Assembly: GCA_051745145.1 (NCBI GenBank)
Contig: JBNJDT010000046.1
Span: forward strand, 1 to 11,448
DNA: 11,448 nt
DNA from: Elusimicrobiota bacterium
Lineage (GTDB): Bacteria > CG03 > SLGR01 > JAGXOG01
Direction: 5' to 3'
Of the stretch, positions 6,376 to 11,448 are shown in pieces. Below the pieces are notes generated by a model. That model was not told where the DNA came from. It did not search any database and saw only the letters and a program-made list of their open reading frames with translations. Position 1 is the stretch's first letter. Every line of letters starts with the position of its first letter. The position numbers were made by a program, and so were the translations under genes.

Positions 6376-7737
6376 ATGAATATTACTGATTTCAATCAAA
6401 AAAGAGTAAAAATATTAAGAGATAAAGATATTTCAGGTCCGGTATTGTACTGGATGAGCAGGGAGCAAAGAGTAAAAGACAATTGGCCACTCATATTTGC
6501 TTCCAAATTAGCCCTTAAAAATGAAGTACCTTTCATTGTTGCATTTTGCCTTACTGATAATTTTTTTAAAGCCGGGGCCAGACACTACTATTTTATGATT
6601 GACGGTTTAAAGGAAGTAGAGGAATCTTTATTAGATAAGAACATACCTTTTAAATTACTCCGGGGTACTCCTGAAAAAGCAGTTCCCAATTTTATAGATA
6701 AATATAATATAGGTGCTGTTGTAACCGAGCAGGATCCGCTGAAGATTAAGGCAGGATGGAGAAAAGCTATATACCGGAAAACGGGTTGTTTCTTTTGTAT
6801 GGTTGACGGGCACAATATAGTGCCTGTATGGGAGGCCTCAGATAAACAAGAGTACGCCGCATATACCATACGTCCGAAAATAAATAAAAAACTTGATGAA
6901 TTCCTTACCGGATATCCTGTTTTAAAAAAGCAGAAAACAGTACCGGATATAAATGCAGATGATATAAACTGGAATAAATTAAAAGACGGACTTAAGTTTA
7001 AAGAAGAAGTTCTAAAAGTAAAATCGGTCAAGCCGGGTTCAAAAAACGGATTTAAAAAGTTAGATTATTTCATAAAAAACAGTTTAAATAAATATGATCA
7101 GCGAAACGACCCATCAAATGATTTTCAGAGCGGTCTGTCCTGTTATCTTCATTTCGGTCAGATCTCTTCCCAGAGAGTTGCCCTTAAAGTTAAAAAAAGC
7201 GGCGCTTCAGATAGTCAGATAGAGGCTTTTTTAGAGGAACTAATAGTAAGAAAAGAGCTCTCCGATAATTTCTGTTATTACAATAAAGACTATGATAATT
7301 TTAAAGGTTTTCCGGAATGGGCCCAAAAATCACTTAAAGCCCATAAATCCGATAACCGAGAAAGGTTGTACAGTCTTTCAGATCTTGAAAGGGCCAATAC
7401 AGAAGACCGGTACTGGAACGCCGCTCAAAAAGAGATGCTCTACAAGGGGAAAATGGATGGATACATGAGAATGTACTGGGCAAAAAAAATACTGGAATGG
7501 AGTCCCTCGCCGGAAAAAGCTTTAAAAAGAGCTATCTATTTAAATGATAAATATGAACTTGACGGCAGGGATCCAAACGGGTATGCAGGAGCTGCCTGGG
7601 CTATAGGTGGAGTACACGACCGGGCGTGGAAAGAGAGAGAAATTTACGGAAAAGTCAGGTATATGAGTTATTCGGGGCTGGAAAGAAAATTCGATATGGA
7701 TGCTTATGTTAAAAAGGTGGAATCTTACAGTGAGTAA
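6376..7737 (+). CDS. phr: Class II CPD DNA photolyase (deoxyribodipyrimidine photo-lyase)
   Basis: VLYWMSREQRVKDNW, VDGHNIVP, EYAAYTIRPKI, SGLSCYLHFGQIS, FLEELIVRKELSDNFC, GYMRMYWAKKILEW, LNDKYELDGRDPNGY and GGVHDRAW are class II signatures. Confidence 0.96.
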   Translation: MNITDFNQKRVKILRDKDISGPVLYWMSREQRVKDNWPLIFASKLALKNEVPFIVAFCLTDNFFKAGARHYYFMIDGLKEVEESLLDKNIPFKLLRGTPEKAVPNFIDKYNIGAVVTEQDPLKIKAGWRKAIYRKTGCFFCMVDGHNIVPVWEASDKQEYAAYTIRPKINKKLDEFLTGYPVLKKQKTVPDINADDINWNKLKDGLKFKEEVLKVKSVKPGSKNGFKKLDYFIKNSLNKYDQRNDPSNDFQSGLSCYLHFGQISSQRVALKVKKSGASDSQIEAFLEELIVRKELSDNFCYYNKDYDNFKGFPEWAQKSLKAHKSDNRERLYSLSDLERANTEDRYWNAAQKEMLYKGKMDGYMRMYWAKKILEWSPSPEKALKRAIYLNDKYELDGRDPNGYAGAAWAIGGVHDRAWKEREIYGKVRYMSYSGLERKFDMDAYVKKVESYSE

Positions 7738-8626
7738 TAATATAAAAAGAAAAATTAGAAAGAATTTTAAATTATTAATTTTTGTTCTGTTCTATACGGT
7801 TTTTTTTAGCCGGGTCTCCTATGGGCTTAACTGGTTGGAAGCACACAAAAAAGAGTACGCTATGGATTATTCTAAATCCCTGGAACTTAACAAAAGTACT
7901 AATACGGAAGATATATATACTGCAGCATTAAAGATGCTTTCTGAAAGATACGATAAGAGGGCGGAAAAACTTTTCCGGAGAATGGAAGATATAGGAGGAC
8001 CGTCTTTTGGTTCCAGATGGGGGATTGCCGAAATAAAAAGAAGGAGAGACCGGGAAGAAGAAAGCAAAAAGATACTCGATGAAATTATAAGCAATAATCC
8101 CGGTTATGCCCCGGCGCTGATAAGCAGGGCATATATAAGTTTTGAGCAGGGTTCATACAATGAAGCTATAGATACGGCCGATAAAGTACTGGATATGGCC
8201 CCGGAAAATGCTGACACTGGAAACCTGATAAGAGCACACCTGATAATCGGGGGAGCAAAAGGTATAAAAGCCCGTGAATCCTTTATATTTTCAAAAATAA
8301 CAAGAGGGCTTTCCGCCCGGGGACACTTAAAAGATGCAAGAGAGATTAATCCCCATGATCCGGGAGTAGTATTTGCCTGGGGCAGCTACTACCTGGAAGC
8401 TCCCGGTATAGCAGGGGGAGATATTGAAAAAGCTGAAGAGTATTTATTGAGGGCCAAAGAGATGAGTCCCAGAAATACTGATATTTATGTGAGACTTGCT
8501 CAGTTATATCGCAAAAAAGGTAATACGAAACTTTACAAAAAGTATATAGAGCAAGCCAGGGGTATGGACCCCGAAAACAGGCTTCTTAAAAAAATTATAA
8601 AACAGGAAAAATATGACCGAAAGTAA
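7730..8626 (+). CDS. Exported TPR-repeat protein of unknown function
   Basis: The ORF track starts it at 7700, but GTG 7730 (in frame, preceded by AAGGTGG, overlapping the phr stop) is more likely. A basic then hydrophobic N-terminus suggests a signal peptide. TPR helices include NPGYAPALISRAYISFEQGSYNEAI, GSYYLEAPGIAGGDIEKAEEYL and IYVRLAQLYRKKG. Confidence 0.8.
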   Translation: MSNNIKRKIRKNFKLLIFVLFYTVFFSRVSYGLNWLEAHKKEYAMDYSKSLELNKSTNTEDIYTAALKMLSERYDKRAEKLFRRMEDIGGPSFGSRWGIAEIKRRRDREEESKKILDEIISNNPGYAPALISRAYISFEQGSYNEAIDTADKVLDMAPENADTGNLIRAHLIIGGAKGIKARESFIFSKITRGLSARGHLKDAREINPHDPGVVFAWGSYYLEAPGIAGGDIEKAEEYLLRAKEMSPRNTDIYVRLAQLYRKKGNTKLYKKYIEQARGMDPENRLLKKIIKQEKYDRK

Positions 8627-9512
8627 TAAATTAACTAAATACCTGAAAGTATCCCGGGCAAATTTTTTTCTGTCCTCTCTAATTCCGGGTTTAGTATCGG
8701 TATCGGTAGCTATATATCAAAAAAAAGATATTAACTGGTATCTTTTACCCGTTGTTTTTCTGGGTATTCTATCGGTACATGCTATGACCAATCTGGTAAA
8801 TGAATACTATGACTATAAAAAAGGTATAGATAATCCGTCTGATACCGGGGAGGTACACCTTCTATCATCCGGACGGGTATCTCTCGGGGAAGTGAGAATT
8901 CTTATTATAATATCCCTTTTTTTATGTCTGGGATGTGCCGTGTTATTGTCTTTTTACAGGGGAGTTCCTTTCTTTTTATTCTGCATAGCCGGGATATTGG
9001 CCGGCTATTCCTATACCGGCCCGCCGCTGGAATATAAATACCAGGGTTTTGGAGATATAATGATATTTCTTTTTATGGGGCCTATGCTGGTGGGCGGGGC
9101 TTATTATGCCCTAACCGGTATTATTTCAAAGTTGGCTATTTATGCCTCATTTCCCCAGGGTATACTTATTGCGGCGGTACTCAATTCTAATAATATAAGA
9201 GATATCGATAAAGACCGGGCCACGGCGGTGAAAACTCTTCCGGTTATCATAGGAGTTAAGAGAGCAAAAATAATATATTCCTTTCTTATATATGCTGCTT
9301 TTGCATGGCCGGTATTTTTGGCTTTAGCAGGGTTAGTACCCCTTACTACGCTATTGATACTTATATTTTTACCCTATGCAGTTAAGGCCAACAAAGTATT
9401 AAAAGAAGAAAAAAAGGATGCAATAGGGGGGATTGATTTAATGACCTTAAAAGTATATGTAGGCGTTAATATGGTTTTGGTTCTTTCTGTATTGTTTGGA
9501 AGATTTATATGA
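8613..9512 (+). CDS. menA: UbiA-family prenyltransferase, 1,4-dihydroxy-2-naphthoate polyprenyltransferase-like
   Basis: NLVNEYYDYKKGID, YSYTGPP..KYQGFGD and NNIRDIDKD...VKTLPV..G motifs, with about 8-9 TMs. Confidence 0.85.
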   Translation: MTESNKLTKYLKVSRANFFLSSLIPGLVSVSVAIYQKKDINWYLLPVVFLGILSVHAMTNLVNEYYDYKKGIDNPSDTGEVHLLSSGRVSLGEVRILIIISLFLCLGCAVLLSFYRGVPFFLFCIAGILAGYSYTGPPLEYKYQGFGDIMIFLFMGPMLVGGAYYALTGIISKLAIYASFPQGILIAAVLNSNNIRDIDKDRATAVKTLPVIIGVKRAKIIYSFLIYAAFAWPVFLALAGLVPLTTLLILIFLPYAVKANKVLKEEKKDAIGGIDLMTLKVYVGVNMVLVLSVLFGRFI

Positions 9513-10555
9513 AATATATATCGATTGAAGAAGTTAAAAATATAATAGAGAAAGAAATTTCTAAATATATTAAGAATATTAATAGAGAGTACAAACTTCA
9601 AAAAGATTATCCCCGGCTGTATACTATTTTAAAGGATTTTCTAAATCGGGAAAGTAAACTGGTTAGACCAATTTTATTGACTATGTCGTATCTGGCTAAC
9701 GGGGGAGATCCTTCTTCAGGTATATACGGGTGTTCTACAGGCTTGGAGCTGCTCCATACCTGCGCGCTGATCCATGATGATATTATAGATCGATCGGATC
9801 TCCGCCGCGGGGGACCTTCTGTGCATAATATGTTTAACGAATATAAGGAGCCGGATAAAAGCGGAGGGAAGAAAGGTGAAGATTTTGCAATTGTAACAGG
9901 GGATATGTTGTACGGATTGGGTTTAAAAAAATTTACCGATATAAAAACAGAACCGGATTTAATACTTAGGGCCCTAAGAAAAGTTATGGATACAGCCGCA
10001 AAGACCAGCCTGGGGGAATTAAATGAATTATTTTACAGTATGGAATCTATAAAAGATGTTACCAAAAAAGAGCTTTTAAAAATGTACGATTATAAATCAG
10101 GATTTTATACTTTTTCATCTCCTTTGGCAGCCGGTGCTATACTGGCAGGATATGAAGGCAAAAAGATCCGTCAATTGGAAAAATTAGGATTATATCTTGG
10201 CCGGGCTTTTCAGATAAAGGATGATCTGGAAGACACAGAAACAGAAAATAATAGCCGGTACAGATTTGAGGATATAAAGAAAAAAAGAGTTACTTATCTT
10301 ATATGGATTTTCTATAAAAAAGCAAGTAAAAATCAGCTCCAAAAACTCGATGCATTAATGAAAAAAGATGAATTTTCAGAAAATGATTGTCTGGAAATTT
10401 ACAGAATGTATAAGGATAATAAAATTTTAAGAGCATCTGAAAAAGAGAAAAAAGACAATTTTTCAAAAGCCAAAAAAATACTCAAAAAAATAGAGATGGA
10501 TAATAGTTTTAAGAGAGAATTGACAGAATACTGCAAGGTACTTTTAAAAATATAA
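9509..10555 (+). CDS. trans-Polyprenyl diphosphate synthase
   Basis: KLVRP, first Asp-rich motif LELLHTCALIHDDIIDRSDLRRG, GDML, YKSG and second Asp-rich motif LGRAFQIKDDLED. ATGA overlap with menA. Confidence 0.92.
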   Translation: MKYISIEEVKNIIEKEISKYIKNINREYKLQKDYPRLYTILKDFLNRESKLVRPILLTMSYLANGGDPSSGIYGCSTGLELLHTCALIHDDIIDRSDLRRGGPSVHNMFNEYKEPDKSGGKKGEDFAIVTGDMLYGLGLKKFTDIKTEPDLILRALRKVMDTAAKTSLGELNELFYSMESIKDVTKKELLKMYDYKSGFYTFSSPLAAGAILAGYEGKKIRQLEKLGLYLGRAFQIKDDLEDTETENNSRYRFEDIKKKRVTYLIWIFYKKASKNQLQKLDALMKKDEFSENDCLEIYRMYKDNKILRASEKEKKDNFSKAKKILKKIEMDNSFKRELTEYCKVLLKI

Positions 10556-10572
10556 AATAATTTAAAAGATAG

Positions 10573-11448
10573 TTATCTGGATACAAACTTTTCCACAAAT
10601 AGAAGATAAAGTATTATCACAAATGTAAGCACCGTTCCGGGCATGGCCGCTTTAGTTCCTATAAGGGCAAGACCTATCGAAGCTCCGAAAAGGGAATTTT
10701 TTATAGTGGCCAGGAGTATTATACTTGTATAAGTACTGTCGGAAACCTTGCTGTTTTTAAGAAATAGTCTGATTATTATGGCCAGCCCAAATACCGAGGC
10801 AGAAAATATTAATACCAGTTTTAATAAGTCCGGTATATTTTTAAAAAACATATGTCGGTTAACTCCGAAAAGTATTACAAAGAGTATTGAAAAACCGGTA
10901 TTTACAATAGGTCCGGTATACTTTTTTATTTTCTCCTGAGTTCCCGTTAATCTTATGATCCTGCTTATAACAAGGGGAATTAAAATTAATTTTACCAGGG
11001 TAGAAAAAACAGCTGAGGGTTCCACTATTCCGGGGCCGATAAGATATTTAACCAGCAAGGGAGCAATAAATACAGAAGAGATAAAACCCGCAAAAACCCC
11101 GGAGGCAGAATAGAATATATTTCCACCCAGAATAACGCTAAAAGGCATTATACCCACCCCCGGAGGTGAGGCGGCCGTAAGCACAATTCCCGCCCAGAGA
11201 CCGTCTTCCTGGAAAAATAGGTAACCCAGAGAAATTATTATTATCCCCGCAGCAATATGGTTAAGAAATATACCGTTTAGAGCTGGTTTCAGTGACCTTT
11301 TAATATTTGCAAGATCTTTTAAATTAATCTGTATCATTGCAGAGGTCATAATAATTATAAGAACCGGGAGATTAAGAAAGGATAATAATTCGGCCTTTGG
11401 ACCTATCAAAAGACCGATAATAATACCGGTTATGAACATGAAATTTCT
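10573..11448 (-). CDS. Bile acid:sodium symporter (BASS/SBF) family transporter; true start probably upstream of the window edge
   Basis: About 9-10 TMs, with GIVLTAASPPG...LGGN and ATIKN motifs. The frame stays open from ATG 11439 to the window end (R-N-F before the Met). Confidence 0.8.
   Translation of the reverse strand, partial: RNFMFITGIIIGLLIGPKAELLSFLNLPVLIIIMTSAMIQINLKDLANIKRSLKPALNGIFLNHIAAGIIIISLGYLFFQEDGLWAGIVLTAASPPGVGIMPFSVILGGNIFYSASGVFAGFISSVFIAPLLVKYLIGPGIVEPSAVFSTLVKLILIPLVISRIIRLTGTQEKIKKYTGPIVNTGFSILFVILFGVNRHMFFKNIPDLLKLVLIFSASVFGLAIIIRLFLKNSKVSDSTYTSIILLATIKNSLFGASIGLALIGTKAAMPGTVLTFVIILYLLFVEKFVSR

Noticed and set aside
6364..6379. LexA (SOS) box upstream of the photolyase
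   Set aside because: Only a CTGT half-site is present, with no ACAG at the required spacing.
7700..7729. ATG 7700 as start of the TPR gene
   Set aside because: It needs a 38-bp overlap with phr. GTG 7730 has an SD-like AAGGTGG and gives a more normal signal peptide.
6588..10939. Antisense ORFs 6588..7031, 7867..8094, 9374..9601 and 10748..10939
   Set aside because: They are shadows of phr, the TPR gene, the menA/synthase junction and the symporter, with composition typical of reverse-frame reads.
1..11448. CRISPR array, tRNA/rRNA, IS or prophage elements
   Set aside because: I saw no regularly spaced repeats, cloverleaf structures, or transposase, integrase or phage genes. The recurring CCGG is irregularly spaced and its flanks are not conserved.

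Overview
AT-rich (roughly 35% GC by eye) bacterial chromosomal window, probably from a diderm because it encodes an outer-membrane barrel candidate. Nearly all genes are on the + strand. In order: the 3' end of a receiver-domain gene; a promoter/leader/terminator region; a short CDF cation transporter; a flavodoxin-fold NAD(P)H:quinone oxidoreductase; a five-gene overlapping operon (TPR + beta-barrel exporter, PilZ-less cellulose-synthase-like GT2, lichenase-like GH26, two half-ferritin-like mini-proteins); a four-gene overlapping operon (class II CPD photolyase, exported TPR protein, MenA-like prenyltransferase, polyprenyl diphosphate synthase); and a convergent bile-acid:Na+ symporter-family gene. 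The best candidate for an undescribed system is 1806-6324, a minimal synthase-dependent exopolysaccharide pathway that may make mixed-linkage beta-glucan, lacks c-di-GMP/BcsB components and is coupled to a split di-iron protein pair. The tetramer CCGG is also strongly over-represented across the window. No RNA genes, CRISPR arrays or mobile elements were seen. All family calls come from motif recognition, not database searches.
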